A stretch of DNA of 64,000 nucleotides from Scyliorhinus canicula (GCF_902713615.1 NC_052159.1:77414520-77478519), one strand, 5' to 3'; numbered from the stretch's first letter, positions 1 through 12,889 are shown. The notes: generated by a model not told the origin, from the letters alone. Translations and numbers: made by a program.

Positions 1-511
1 CCTCCTCAGCACCGAGGCCGCCGCCGGCCTCTTACCCGTCCTAGACTTCAAACGATCCAGAGTCCCCTCCCAAGATCAAACCCCCCATCTCCAGGTCTGG
101 GATCCGGCTCAACATTCACCGCATGAAGCCTGCATCGTCCCAGTTGGGGGCGTACACGTTAACCAGAACCACCCGCTCCCCTTGAAGTCTACTCACCATT
201 ACGTATTTACCTGCACTGTCCGCTACCACATTCGACGCAACAAGCGACAAGCTCTTGCCAACTAGGATCTCCACCCCTCGATTCTTCACATCCAGCCCCG
301 AGTGAAACACCTGCCCCACCCAGCCTCTTCTCAGCCTCACCTGATCCGCCAGCTTAAGGTGCGTCTCCTGGAGCATAGCTACGTCCGCTCCCAGCCCCTT
401 CAGGTGCGCCAAGACCCGGGACCGCTTCACCGGTCCATTCAGCCGCCTCACATTCCATGTGACCAGCCGAATCTGGGGGGTCTTCCCCCTCCCTCTGCGC
501 CGGTCAGCCAT
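1..511 (-). pseudogene. L1 ORF2 apurinic-like endonuclease domain, disabled
   Basis: LVTWNVRRLNGPVKR, AMLQETHL, VLVNVYAPN motifs. TGA at 116-118. After LILGGD the catalytic GDFN segment is deleted, with a frameshift near position 60. Confidence 0.88.
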
Positions 512-1108
512 AGCTCTCCCTCGGCTCACCACGTGCCCGCAGAACCCCCCAGGCCCGTTCCCCACGGTGGCAGACCCCCCCCCCCCCCAACCCTCCCCTT
601 CACCAGCAGTTCCCCTACAGCCCCGGCAGCAGCAACCCGGGACCCCATCTCCCCCCCCCCCAAGCTAGGGTCCCCCCTAGCTGCGTAACCCCTTCCATTG
701 TACTTCCGTAAGTCAGCCGACTCCTGCTGACCCCGGCTGCTCCCGCCATCCCAACGATCCCCCTCCGATGCAACACAACCACCAGTCCCCCCTCCCTGTG
801 CCGGCCCCGCCCACTACTCCTCCAGCAACGGAAGAAAACCTGCGTTTCCATCCCAAACCCCGCCCCCCCCCCCCCCGACCCAACACGTGGGAAAGAGACG
901 GACACATGACCCAGCGGGACCGCGAGCAGCTCCCCAACCCTCCACCAGTGAAAAAATGAAAAAGCACCCCAATAAATAAATAACAGCCCCAAAAAGCGAA
1001 AAAGCAGAACAGCAAAAAGGCAACATCAACCACAGCCAATAAAATGAAAGGATACCAAGGAGGACAGAGCCTCCGGACTATGTACATCATTCCCCAGCCC
1101 CCCAGTCC

Positions 1109-1870
1109 TCAGTTCGAGTCCAACTTCTCTGCCTGGACAAAGGCCCAGGCCACCTCCGGAGAATCAAAGTAGAGCTGGCGGTCCTTGTGAATGACCCAGA
1201 GGCGAGCCGGCTGTAGCAGGCCAAACTTCACCCCCTTCCTGTGAAGCACTCCCTTCACCCGATTGAAACAAGCCCTTCTCTTTGCCACCTCCGCGCTCCA
1301 GTCCTGATAGATCCTGATCTCTGCATTCTCCCACTTACTGCTCCTTTCCTTCTTCGCCCATCTCAGCACACACTCACGGTCAACAAAGTGGTGAAAACGA
1401 ACCAGCACCGCCCTAGTCGGCTCGTTCGGCCTGGGCTTCCTCAACAGCACTCGATGGGCCCCCTCCAGCTCCAAGGGTCCTTGGAACGACCCCGCGCCCA
1501 TTAACGAGTTCAGCATCACAACCACATAGGCCCCCAAATCCGAACCTTCCAGCCCCTCCGGGAGGCCCAGAATCCGCAGGTTTTTCCGACGGGATCAATT
1601 CTCCATCTCCTCCATCCTTGCCAGCCATTTCTTGTGAAGTGCCTCGTGCGACTCCACTTTCACTGTCAGGCCCAGGAGTCCGTCCTCGCTCTCCGAGGCC
1701 TTTTGCCGTAGCTCTCGGATCTCTGCACCCTGAGCTGTCTGAGTCGCCATGAGCTTGTCCAGCGAGGCCTTAAACGGTTCCAGGATCTCAGCCTTCAGCT
1801 CTCTGAAGCAGCAATGGAGCAGCTCCTGCGCCCACTGCTGCCACGCTGCCGGTTCCCCGACCGCCGCCAT
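1109..1870 (-). pseudogene. L1 ORF1p (coiled coil, RRM, CTD) with one in-frame stop
   Basis: ORFs 1595..2029 and 1109..1537 are the same frame: MAAVGEPAAW...EEMEN*SRRKNLRILGLPEG...LEGAHR...PRAVLVRF-like...IRIYQDWSAEVAKRR...FGLLQPARL. TGA at 1595-1597 sits where CGA (Arg) is expected. Confidence 0.88.
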
Positions 1871-2539
1871 CTTGCTTTTCCTGCCTCGCACCTTTCTCTG
1901 CTCCAAAGCTGATTTTTTGACCACTCCGCTCCTGGTCCAGTCCATCCACCGGTAGATAAGCACAGTGGATGTGTTCCCACCCGGGGAAAAGTCCAACCAG
2001 CACCGCTGCGGGCCCTTAAAAGAGCCCAAAAGACCAAAAATAGCGGGAGCTACCGAACGTGCGGCTTAGCTCCGCATCGCCGCAACCGGAAGTCGAAACT
2101 TCACTTTCTATGGGTATTGAACAACAAACATGCAGGAACTTGGAATTATTTCCACTCTGGGCCAATGAGCTTGACTGTAATTGAATTTACAATTGTCACA
2201 TGATTTAAAAAGGTACTTGTGCGCCCGATTATTAGAATTATATTTCAAAGGCAAATTTAATGCACATTAATGCCCAAATCCAATAATTTTATGAAAATAG
2301 TGAAAGGGTTATGTTAAGTTGGCATATGTGCAAAGCATTCAATGGAATTGTGTAAATCACCCAGCAAGTTCTGGGGATTCACAACTTGTGCTATATCTCT
2401 CAATCCCTTGGCCTTAATGGTTGATTAGCACATTAATAATGACGTGACTCATTAACATGCTGTTATTTTTCCAGAAAAATCTATATTTTTATTCATGGAA
2501 CTTACTTTTTTGGCATCTCCAGAACACTTGCAATGAAAA

Positions 2540-2662
2540 GGGTTAGCATAGTGGGCTACATAGCCGGCTTGCAATGCAAAACAATGCCAGCAGCGCGGGT
2601 TCAAAGGGGCTTTTCCCAGTAACTTCATTGAAGCCTACTTGCGAATATATAAAATATATTAT
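2540..2662 (+). mobile_element. Internally deleted short tRNA-head SINE
   Basis: gggttagcatagtgggcta...gccagcagcgcgggttcaa joined to ggggcttttcccagtaacttcattgaagcctactt, the same tail as 11577-11759. Confidence 0.6.
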
Positions 2663-3554
2663 GGTGAATATTTCTACATATTTCACATGCCGTATTTCAG
2701 TAATCTAAAAGAATATTTTGCCCTGCCAGTACAAATGTTTAAAATAGGTTCTTTTAGCTAAAACTTTGGGGTATGGTAATGAAGTTAATGAAACCTGATT
2801 ACTTTAGCAATGAAGTGCTTTCTAACTGACAAAGAAAATATTACACATGTAGAATATTACAATCCTCACTGAAGCTAACCAGAACAATCTGAGTTTCACT
2901 CTTGTGTATATTTCATACCAGCAACATTGGAATAAATCTGAAAAAGCCCCCTTAAAGTCGCAGTATCACTGCACATGTTGTTAGAGTACTGCAAATTTCC
3001 TCAGGGATTCTCCCAACTGGTTCTGTAACTTTAGGCCAACAGTATTAGAAACCATGGATATACCACAATGACAATGATTCTGCTGAAGAAGTAGCAACTG
3101 ATTCGGAGAACCCTTCAGAAAATTCTGGCAAGAGATTTTGGATAAGGGCAACAAGCGGCACTCCCGTGGATGCAATTCTGTTCAGTTCTCTTTGTGATAA
3201 GTGTATCACATTGTGACACAAGTGTATAAATGGAGTGGTTGTCACATGCAGACAGCAAGTGAGACAGCAAGAACATTGTTGAAAGCCAGTTGAAGATGAA
3301 TTGAATCCCCACTCATTTAAAGAAAATTCCTTTTAATTCAAATGAGCAGAGCATGGTGTGTGATAGGAGCCTTTAAGGAGAACAATGTTAGATTTGAGCT
3401 CTGGCCCATGCTAAGTTAAATTTGACTGCAGCATGTTCAGCTAAATTTGTTTCAACACCATGAGCTACTGGAAGAAAATGTCAACTATGGCCGAATTTTC
3501 CAAGCAACGGCAATGATCGGCAGATTGCCCTGCCTTTGTAAATTCCCATAATTA

Positions 3555-3815
3555 ATAGAATCATAGAATTCCTCCTGTGCAGACGGAGGTCATTCAGCCC
3601 ATCAAATCTGCACCAACACTCCGAAAGAGTATCCTATATAGTCCCTATCGCCATAACCCCACCTAACCTGCACATCTTGGGACTGTGGGCGGAAACCGGT
3701 GCACCCGGAGGAAACCCATACAGACACAGGAGAAAGTGCAAACTTCACAGACAGTGACCCAAGACTGGAATTGAACCCGGATCTCTGGTGCTGTGAGGCA
3801 GCAGTGCTAACCACT
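3555..3815 (-). mobile_element. HE1-like V-SINE
   Basis: tRNA-like head (B box ggttcaattcc), V-domain gggtttcctccgggtg..ccggtttcc, CR1-type tail ending ttctatgattctat. Confidence 0.85.
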
Positions 3816-3984
3816 TACTGCTGCGCATTTGTATCGGTGTCATCCGAGCCCTGCTTTCACAGAAATATGCAGTGCATCATCCATTGGGGAACTCTATGGG
3901 AGCAGGGCAGAGTTGGGGAAGACAGGACATACACACGTGTTACGGCACTAACTGTCGTATCGTGAGTTTAAAGATCTTGAATGT

Positions 3985-4425
3985 GAGTGCATAGATGAGT
4001 GAATGAATAAGGGAGTGAATGGGTAGGTGATGAAGCAGACCAGTGGGTGAATGGGTGAGGTGAGCGAGCAGGTGAGGTGGACAGAGTGGACAGATGGGTG
4101 AGATGTTGGGGGAGATAGGGGCTAGGAGGAGTAAGTGGGTCACGGATTGGAGAGCAGGGTGTGCGGAAGATAGTCAGAGTGGTTGGGAGTGTAATCACCG
4201 AGTCGGGAAAGTAGCCAGATTGGGACAGTAAGGTAGTTGGGAGAGATGGTCAGTTCAGGAGTGGGAAGATTTTGTTTCATCAGGTCAGCAGGGTAGTTGG
4301 TAGTTGGGTTGTGCAGTGTTCGGGTGGGCACGGTGACAGTCAGGTCGGGGGACAGTCAGGTGGTCGTGTTGGGGTTAGGCAGGTTGGTAGCAGGATAGTA
4401 TGCTGGTTGTGGGGAGGGGGAGTGA
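3985..4425 (+). repeat. Degenerate G/T-rich minisatellite-like tract
   Basis: Recurrent gtgagtg/gatgggtg then gatagtcag/ggtcggg/gtagttgg units, strongly C-poor on the + strand. Continues after the SINE to about 4850. Confidence 0.6.
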
Positions 4426-4426
4426 T

Positions 4427-4771
4427 ACTTAGAACTTAGAACAGTACAGCACAGAACAGGCCCTTCGGCCCTCGATGTTGTGCCGAGCAATGATCACCCT
4501 ACTCAAGCCAACGTATCCACCCTATACCAGTAACCCAACAACCCCCCCATTAACCTTATTTTTTAGGACACTAAGGGCAATTTCGCATGGCCAATCCACC
4601 TAACCCGCACATCTTTGGACTGTGGGAGGAAATCGGAGCACCCGGAGGAAACCCACGCACACACGGGGAGGACGTGCAGACTCCGCACAGACAGTGACCC
4701 AGCCGGGAATCGAACCTGGGACCCTGGAGCTGTGAAGCATTTATGCTAACCACCATGCTACCGTGCTGCCC
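4427..4771 (-). mobile_element. V-SINE with alternative CR1 tail (young copy)
   Basis: Full head gggcagcacggtagcatggtgg, V-domain, tail gagggccgaagggcctgttctgtgctgtactgttctaagttctaag. CpGs retained. Confidence 0.88.
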
Positions 4772-5504
4772 CAAATAGTGGGGGTGATAGTGATAGTGTC
4801 TGGGAGGATAACTATGAGTGTTTGGAGGGACCAGGGTGTGCGATTGAGGGGTAAATGTTATCCAGGTATTCAACCACCGCTGGACTGTCGAAGTCTCCGA
4901 CTCTAACTCACTTTCTTTAGTTCTGCCCGTCGCAGGAATCGTCACGGGTGGGACGGATAATTTGACAGACCATTTTGAAGGCCCATTGACATCGGCCAGG
5001 AATTTCCTGTCTCAGGGCGGGCATGATCGGAAAATCCCACTCACAGAGTTGGAAAAATTCATGGAGTGTCCTGGGAAATTGCACCTCAGAAGTTTAGATT
5101 TCCTGAGCAATTTCTACGTAGGTCAACACATCAGGACTTCCACAGAGTCGTGACACACATCTTCAATTGTACATCTGATCTCCGTCAATCTGAAGACCAA
5201 ATGGTTTGACCCATCGCTTCAAACTCTCGGCTATTATTCAATGACACCTGCTGTACAATGTGGATATTGCTAAATAAAGGGACAGAGTTTTCATTTATCT
5301 GGTACGTTCACAACCTTAATCCATTCCAAAAGGTTTCACAGGCAAACATATATTTTATCAAGTTCAGTCACTGTTACACTGTCTTGAAAAACAAGATCCC
5401 GCAAATGACAGCTCCTTCCGTATTTCTCAGAATGGTCAGTCTAGATGAGGTGAAGTCTCTGGCATGGGAATTAAACCCATAATCTTCTTGCTCATAACTT
5501 TCTT

Positions 5505-5808
5505 GGGTGGCACAGTGGTTGGGTTCAATTCCGGCCTCAGGTGACTGCAGTTTGCACATTCTCCCCATGCCTGCATGGGTTTCTTCCTGGTTCTCCAGTT
5601 TCCTCCCACAATCCTACGATGTGCAGGTTTGGTGGATTGGCTGAGCTAAATTGCCCCTTAATGTCCAGGGATGTGTAGGTTAGGTTCAAAGGTTATAGGA
5701 ATAGGGTGGGGAAGTGGGCTTGGGTGGAGTGTTCTTTCAGAAGGTCAGTGCAGACATGATGGGCTGAATGGCCTCCTTCTGCACTGTAGGGATTCTATGG
5801 ATTCTATA
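5505..5808 (+). mobile_element. HE1-like V-SINE (diverged)
   Basis: ggtggcacagtggtt..ggttcaattcc head, V-domain, tail gggctgaatggcctccttctgcactgtagggattctatgg. Confidence 0.82.
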
Positions 5809-5924
5809 AATGGTGATGCTATCACTGTACCAAAGCTGAGACCCATGAAGGGACAATTGTGATATTTCATGGTCTAAAAGTCTGCAAATGTTCAATGTTT
5901 TGGTTCACACCTACGAAGGAATTA

Positions 5925-6640
5925 AAAAGTATAGATGTAAAAAGGGACCTGAGTGTTCTTGTCCATAAGTCACTGGAAAACTAACATGCAGGTGCAACAT
6001 GCTAATAGGAAGGCAAACATAATGTGAGCCTTTTTCGCAAGACGATTTGAGTATAGTGGCATTGAGGTCTTGCTTCAATTGTATGAGAGCTTGGTTTGAC
6101 CACGACTGGAGTACTATGTACAGTTTTGGCCCCCTTACCTCAGAAAGGATATTATTGCCAGAGTGGGAGTACAAAGAAGGTTCATCAGACTTGTTCCTGG
6201 GATGGCGGGACTGTCTCATGAAGCAAGATTAGGCAAACTGGGCCTGTATTATCTAGTTTCATAGAATGACAGATGGTCTCATTGAAACCTCCAAAATATT
6301 TAAAGTAATTGACATGGTAGATCGATGCAGGTGGGGATATGTCTAGAACCAGAGGACACAATTTCAAAACAAGAGGGGTGCCACTCACGACAGAGATGAA
6401 GAGAAATTTCTTTACACGGGTTGTGAATCTTAGAATTCTCTACCCCAAAGGGCTGAGGAAGCTCAGTTATTGAGTATGTTTAAATCAGAGATTGAACGGT
6501 TTCTGATTATCAATAGCGTAAAGGTTTATGGAGATAGGGGTGCAAAAGGCAATTAAGTGCCTGATCAGCCATAATTGTATTAAGTGGCTGAGCAGGCTTA
6601 ATAGGCTGAATGGTTTACTCCTGTTCCTATGTTCCTGTAC
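5925..6640 (+). mobile_element. CR1 LINE 3' fragment
   Basis: DLGV..., RP.LEY.VQFW-like coding remnants and 3'UTR ggctgaatggtttactcctgttcctatgttcc. Confidence 0.82.
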
Positions 6641-6764
6641 ATAAATCATGGTACCTTGGCCATTACTGGGACTCTTCTCCAACAGGAGTCAGTGGCTTTA
6701 GGAAAGAAGAGAGGAAAAAAAGAACGGCAGCTTAAAGCTGGATCTTCTCAGAGCAATAGACAGT

Positions 6765-7574
6765 GGGCACAATCCAATGGCCATGCTATGCCTGAAAAGC
6801 CAGGAGACCCTGTTCCCGAGATCTTTCCGGCTCACAACGCTTCGCATGATCGAACGCGACCCCGCAAGACATTGTGATGTGGATCCCTCCCACACCTTTT
6901 GGCAAATCAGCATATTAAAGTGAAACTGCTAGTCTCACTTTAATGTGCAAATTCCTGAGCTACTCCAGTAACGGGTTCCATCTCCCTTGCTTTGGAAACC
7001 TCGGGTGAGCGCCCTTCAGTACTGGTCTCCACTAATGGGTGTCCCCCAGGGGATCGGAGGCCGTTAGCTACAAGTCCTCTGGGCAAGGTGGTACCCCAGC
7101 ACTGCTGGGCACACTGGCATTACCAGTCTCACACCCTGGCAGTGCCACCTGGGTGCCAGTCTGGCATTGCCAACTTGCAGAGGCACTGCAAGGTGCCAAG
7201 CTGGCATTTTGTGCATGGGTGTGATTGGGCTGGGGGTGCTCTGTGCGGGTGTTGGGGGGCCAGGGAACTTCCTGTAGTGAATTGGATCTTGGGGGGGGGG
7301 GGGATGTTGGGGTCACTTTGGGCATCTCAGAGATCAGGACGCCAATTACAAAGGTGTCCTGATCTCTCGCTACACTGAGGAGTTCCGATGAGCGGGTCTC
7401 CTCTGTGGAAAGCAAGGCTATGTGCGGCCTCAGCTGCACGTTCCCCGTTGAGGCCCCTTATCAAACACAAGTTGTGTTTTATAGTCTTTTGTTTCTCGGC
7501 ACTGTAAGCACTGGGAAACACGTGGCTAAACGTGCAGGCTATGGGACTTTGTCTCATTTAGTTAAATCACGCTC
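6765..7574. mobile_element. Non-autonomous Harbinger-like DNA element with GGCA.TGCC array
   Basis: Degenerate TIRs gggcacaatcc / aaatcacgctc, GC-rich body, G-run, palindrome cluster at 7085-7210. Confidence 0.55.
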
Positions 7575-8885
7575 ACTACTTTGATTCTGTACTCTGCTGA
7601 TTTTCCAGTCTCAACTGAATTGATGTGGGAATCTTCAAAGTGGGCAGTTGGTAATACCCCCTTCCCCCAAGAGCAAGACAAGGAAGATCAGAGATGGAGC
7701 TGGTGTACTAAGGTGGTCTCACTGCTTGTAATTGCAAACCCAGGATAGTGAACTGTGAGGCATCTGGCAACAAGCTGTCTGTCTTCTAAATTCAAACCAT
7801 CGAAAGAGATAACACTGAACAAAAAGAACAGAGGAGATGGAGGGAGGAAACTAAGCAGACAATGTTTCCTGTGTGGGACATGTATGAACACAGCGTTGGT
7901 AGGTTATCTCGAAATACTTTGCAAGTCAATGGGGCAGAATAAATTGCACCTTGACCTCACCGGCACGAGCTTTTAGTTAGAAGCCCGTCAAATGCTTTAA
8001 ACAGGAGAACAGACAGCAAACCACCTCTACCCCTTTTTTAAACAGGTGGGGAAAGGAGAAGAATGAAAAGCATTTACAAGACTATCGGGAACCTGTAACA
8101 CACAAACAAAGAGTTTTATAAAATGACAGCACAGAAGGAGGTCATTCAACTCGTTATATTAGTGCCAGCTCTTTGCAACGGCAATCAAAATCTAATTCTA
8201 CAATCTTGCATTTTCTTGCTAGCCCTGTATTTTTTCTCAGCTTCATTTGTTTATTGATTTACTGAAACAAGTAATGATCTCTGCATTCTATATACCAACA
8301 ACTTTCTGTGTACAGGAGTTTCTGCAAACCTCTCTCCTCATTCTCCTTGCAAACATTTTGAATTGATGATACCAATCACCATGGAATTTCCAACCTGGGG
8401 GAATCGCTTTAATTCTCACGTACTCTACCAGAATCATTCATAGCTTTAAATTCCTCCATAAAATTTCTTCTGAAATCTATCCCATTTATTGATGATCAAT
8501 TACAGTGGAGGAAGAAGCATGGTGACAGAGTGCAGAGGATGGCAATGGTCACACACAAATGATTCAAGTTTTTATTGAAGTTTTATTGAAATTTCTTCTG
8601 GATATGGCTGAAAGAAAGCAATTGCAGCCTTTCATAAGCATTAATAACAGTCAAAATGCCAAATTTGGTTCTTCTATTCTTTCCCTTATATAAATGCAAT
8701 TCTATGAAGCACAAGTGAATCTCCCTGATTAATAGGTGGTAATCATTCATCCAATGGTGTCTCTTCAACTGGAGTTGTACAACCTTGGCTGAATTCTTTC
8801 CCTGACAGTTTGGTTTTTCATCAGGCAACCAATATGAAAAACTGACAGTGAAGACCCAGTGTTGAGCAACACATTCGGTTTTCAT

Positions 8886-9520
8886 CGTAAGAACCTAAGA
8901 ACCAGGAGCAGGAGTAAACAATTCAGCCCCTCTTTCCCCGTTCCGCCATTCATTAGGATCATGATTGATCTCCTCTCAACCTCAGATCAACTTCCCTGTC
9001 CTTTCTCCATAATGCCTCAACCCATTACTAATTAAAAATCTGTTTTCCTCCTCCTTAAATTTACTCACTGTCCCAGCATCCACTGCATTCTGTGGTAGTG
9101 AATTCCACAGATTCACACCCTTTGAGAGAAGTAATTTCTGCTCTTCTGTTTTAAATCTGCTACCCCTTATCCTAAAACTGTGACCTCTCATTCTAGATTG
9201 CCCCACAGGAGGAAGCATCTGCTCCACATCTACTATGGTGAACCACTGTGCACCTGTATTAGGGGATGTACGGTAGGACCTGCACTACAGGTTCGCCGGT
9301 AGCCCCTGCCGGCTAGCTCCGCCTACAAGGAGCGGTATAAATATGCGTGACCTCCTCCTGATCAGCCATTTCACCAGCTGCAGTAGGAGGCCACGCATCT
9401 GACTGTAATAAAGTCACAGTTGTACCAATCTGAGTCTTTCATGCAATTGACCATGCATCATCTACTTTGCAAGATCTTTTCTCATCTTATATACGTCAAT
9501 TAGATCTCACACTGCTCAAT
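8886..9520 (-). mobile_element. CR1 LINE 3' fragment interrupted by a solo LTR
   Basis: ORF 8982..9227 RMRGHSFRIRGSRFKTE...VNLWNSLPQNAVDAG, typical CR1 ORF2 C-terminus. Tail taagaacctaagaa at 8888. Confidence 0.85.
9234..9460 (+). mobile_element. Solo LTR (227 bp)
   Basis: Perfect 5-bp TSD TCTAC (9229-9233 / 9461-9465). Ends TA(from TG)...CA. TATAAAT at 9336, AATAAA at 9407. Confidence 0.82.
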
Positions 9521-9748
9521 GCACCATTACAGCACTGCCACTCACCCAGTAGCACTCCCTAGCATACAGAATTCAAGCATAACTGCAGGATACACTACTT
9601 CACACACCTAACAATGTTGCCAGCCTTGTATACATCTCACACTGCCTCTAGCTAGGTCCAGCTATTCAGCTGGCAGTCACATCACCCAGATACAGTACAA
9701 CATAACTAATGATATTCTTCCCTCTAGCAGAACAAGGTTCTACACAAT

Positions 9749-9982
9749 GGGTGTGATTTTCCTGCAATTCTGGCTGGCGGGATCTTCCAGTCCAGCCAAA
9801 AACGAACCCCCCCCCCCCCCCACACTGTGGGTTCCCCAGCAGTAGGTTGGGTGAGCTATGCAAAACATTGCAGATGTTGGCGGGACCGGAAGATCCCACT
9901 GGTAGCCAATGGCAAGCTGCCTCCACTGCCAGAAAACATACCCTGGGGAGTGGGGGAGGGGGTATTTTGGAAAATCCCACCC
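9749..9982. mobile_element. Short MITE, Harbinger-like
   Basis: TIRs gggtgtgattttcc / ggaaaatcccaccc, flanks AAT/ATT. Related internal sequence at 19920-19990, 38158-38289 and 40112-40273. Confidence 0.7.
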
Positions 9983-9984
9983 AT

Positions 9985-11300
9985 TAGAACAGAACAGAAC
10001 AGACCATTTGAAGGAGGAAGACACCTCTATCATCTGAGCCCTGCAAAGGAGATGGTCCATTGTATTATGGGACGGAATCCATGGCATCCAATATCACTGA
10101 GAACACTGAGGATGACGGTATGTCCCTGCCTTATTCCCCTTCTCAATTCCTAGCTCACCCTCATCCTACCCTCTGACATGCTGGGAATGCTGTAGATAGA
10201 ATGACCATGGACCTCTTTATTATCCACCACCATGCAACCCTACTAACCCTTCCCTCACACCAATCTTCCCTCTGATTTTCTGTTCTCAGACACCCAAGAA
10301 CTGATACATGCTCAGCCACAACATCCTAAGGTAGAAGGGATGTGGAGCAGCTCCAGCAATGGTGAAAGGGCCCTGTCTCTTGGTCTGACACTCGCAGTCA
10401 CAAGCTCAGACACTGGCACTGTAATTACTGTGGAGGCCAGCAGAGAGTTGAGATCACCACATAGTGAGTCACCAGACACTAATGGTCTGCAACCAAGCAA
10501 AGGGGAACGGATGATTCATTTGCTACTCATCAAGCACTACTGCAAAAACGCAGGTGAGGATCTTCATGAGGCAGTGTACAGCAGAATGGTGAATGGTCGT
10601 GCCACCAAAATGCTGGGTGTATTGAGCTAATTGTAACAATTGAGCTTAAGTACATACAGATAGAGGGCTTCTATTAGATGATTATTTGAGCACACACAAA
10701 GGGGCACTGACAAAATAATCAGGAGATACGCACTGTAATGTTTCACTCTGAATCAATCAATCCCAAGACTTTGATATTCCCTCACCAACTGGCTATCACA
10801 TTGGCTGGCCTACCAGACAGCTTCCTGTCAATGTCGAGAATCATGGAAGAGTCTAGATCCAATTTGCTAGAGGATAACAAGCAAACATTGCCCTCTCTGC
10901 AGCCCCATCTGTATTCCCTGTTGTGCTGCAGACCCAGAGACACTGTCACGACAGCCTTCATACCTGTCGCAGCCTTTGAGTGGGAAGATTACCATTCCCT
11001 TTGCAATCCCTGAGATGATGCAGCACCAAACTCTGCCAAATGCACCAAGAAACCTCCAAAAGTACTTGAGTACTTTCAGGCACATTCCAGCAGAAAATGT
11101 TACAATCTTGCAGTCGTAAATAATGATACTGCAGCATCAATCTTCCTGCTTCAATTTTCTTTTTTTCACGAGTGGACAGCCCAGGAGTTATTGTCCAATT
11201 TACGTAGCCTGGCATTATATCAGTTGGTCAATTGAAGAAGGCCACAAGGGCCTCATGGTATTTCCCAATGCACTGCCTGGCCCGAGGAAAGTGAGCTAGG
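9985..11300 (+). mobile_element. Possible old remnant of a Harbinger Myb-type gene (exons 2-3)
   Basis: EGGRHLYHLSPAKEMVHCIMG resembles the GG..L..LT..E...L.I.G exon-2 motif of the 16903 and 42987 elements. Followed by acceptor ttttctgttctcag (10290) and Ser/Thr-rich coding remnants. Confidence 0.35.
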
Positions 11301-11576
11301 CCTATTGGAGGAAGTGATGCTTTGAGAATATATTTAGTGGCTTTAAATTATTGTTTTTTAGCACATGCTGTATAACCAGAGTTTAAGATTCACAGCATAT
11401 CTCACTTAAAAGTCTGCGCAAAGTCCACAAATAACTTATCAGTTATGGATGCAACAAAAACATTGGAGAAAATTAGAGAGTGAAAGATGCGTGTTGTTAA
11501 TTTGCCACGCCAGTCTTCACAGCAGACGTGAGCAAAAGAAACAAACTTGAGACTCCATTGCCGAAAGGGCACACAA

Positions 11577-11759
11577 TTAATAATAATATAATAATCGCTT
11601 ATTGTCACGAGTAGGCTTCAAATGAAGTTACTGTGAAAAGCCCCCAGTCGCCACATTCCGGCGCCTGTTCGGGGAGGCTGTTACGGGAATCGAACCGTGC
11701 TGCTGGCCTGCTTGGTCTGCTTTCAAAGCCAGCGATTAGCCCTGTGAGCTAAACAGCCC
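11577..11759 (-). mobile_element. Short (~180 bp) tRNA-head SINE lacking the V-domain
   Basis: gggctgtttagctcacagggctaatcgctggctttgaaagc...ggttcgattccc head and ccgaacaggcgccggaatgtggcgact...gtgacaataagcgattat tail. Nearly identical to 33085-33262. Confidence 0.85.
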
Positions 11760-12301
11760 TGAATGGCACACATTCTAGAATTCTGCAGTAAACGAGTGAA
11801 AATGTTGATGGGGTTCTTGTAAATATTTTAAAAATTATATCAATATAGGGGCCATTCTGAGTGTTGGACGTTATGAAATGCAAATATCAAAAATAGCATA
11901 AATTAAGAGCAGAACTGAATTGGAGAGTTTGAGACATATTAGTTTGCCATTGAGAACAGGGAAAAATGGCCTGAAACATCTTGTAAGATCTTGCTGGTGT
12001 TCACCCACACGGGCAGCAGCATTTCAAACTTGGAACTGCTCAGTGACGCAATGCTTCGCAATTACTTTCCTGGCATTAACTGGCATTGCTGAAAAAAAAA
12101 CAACAGCTGTGCTCGATAGACCCAGTCTGAGAAAATTGGTCAATTTTCAAGTTTCACAGAAACTCTGGTCCTCAGCGCTAACACAACCTCCGCTCTTTCA
12201 GTGCAGGGTGGAGATACAAGTTACCCTTGTGTGAAATTCACAAGATGGGTGTCGTGCAGAGAATTTACAATATTCTACATATTAAGTTTTCAATAAACAA
12301 G

Positions 12302-12784
12302 GGCCGGGATTCTCCCCCAACTGGTGGGCAGGCTGTACCGGCGCCAAAGAGTGGCGCAGGGGGTTTCTTCACCGCGCCGGCCATGGCGGAGCTTTACAGA
12401 GGCTGGCGCGGAGGGAAAAAGTGCCCCCACGGCACAGGCCCACCTGCAGATTGGTGGATCCCGATCGTGGGCCAGGCCACTGTGGAGCCCCCCTCCCCCG
12501 GGGCAGGATCCCCCCGCACCCCCCCCCCCCTCTCCGAGGACTCCGCAGGCCGCCCTCAGAGCCAGGTCCCGCCGGTACGGACCTTGTGTATTTCACGCTA
12601 GCGGGACTGGCCGAAAACGGGCAGCCGCTCGGTCCATCGGGGCCCGGAGAATTGCCGGGGGGGGGGGGGGCGCCGCCAAAAACCGCCGCCGGAGAATTCG
12701 GGAGCCGGCGTCGGAGTGGCGGGGTGGGATTCATGCCACCCCCTGGCGATTCTCCGACCCGGCGGGGATCGGAGAATCCCGCCC
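12302..12784. mobile_element. GC-rich Harbinger-like MITE
   Basis: TIRs ggccgggattctcc / ggagaatcccgccc, 3-bp TSD AAG. Confidence 0.85.
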
Positions 12785-12889
12785 AAGGTCTTGCATAATA
12801 TACAGCATTAACTAATTGGATTACAATTTGATGTAACATTAAAATCAGCAGGTGGAAAATGGAAAAAGAGGTATCCGACTGGGAAACAG

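Larger units (their letters stand above)
1..2094 (-). mobile_element. L1-clade LINE, 5' portion (5'UTR, ORF1, ~600 bp inter-ORF spacer, start of ORF2); continues beyond position 1
   Basis: CpG-rich 5' end beginning GACTTCCGGTTGCGGC at 2094, with an abrupt switch to AT-rich flank. ORF1 and APE-endonuclease ORF2 as listed below. Confidence 0.92.
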
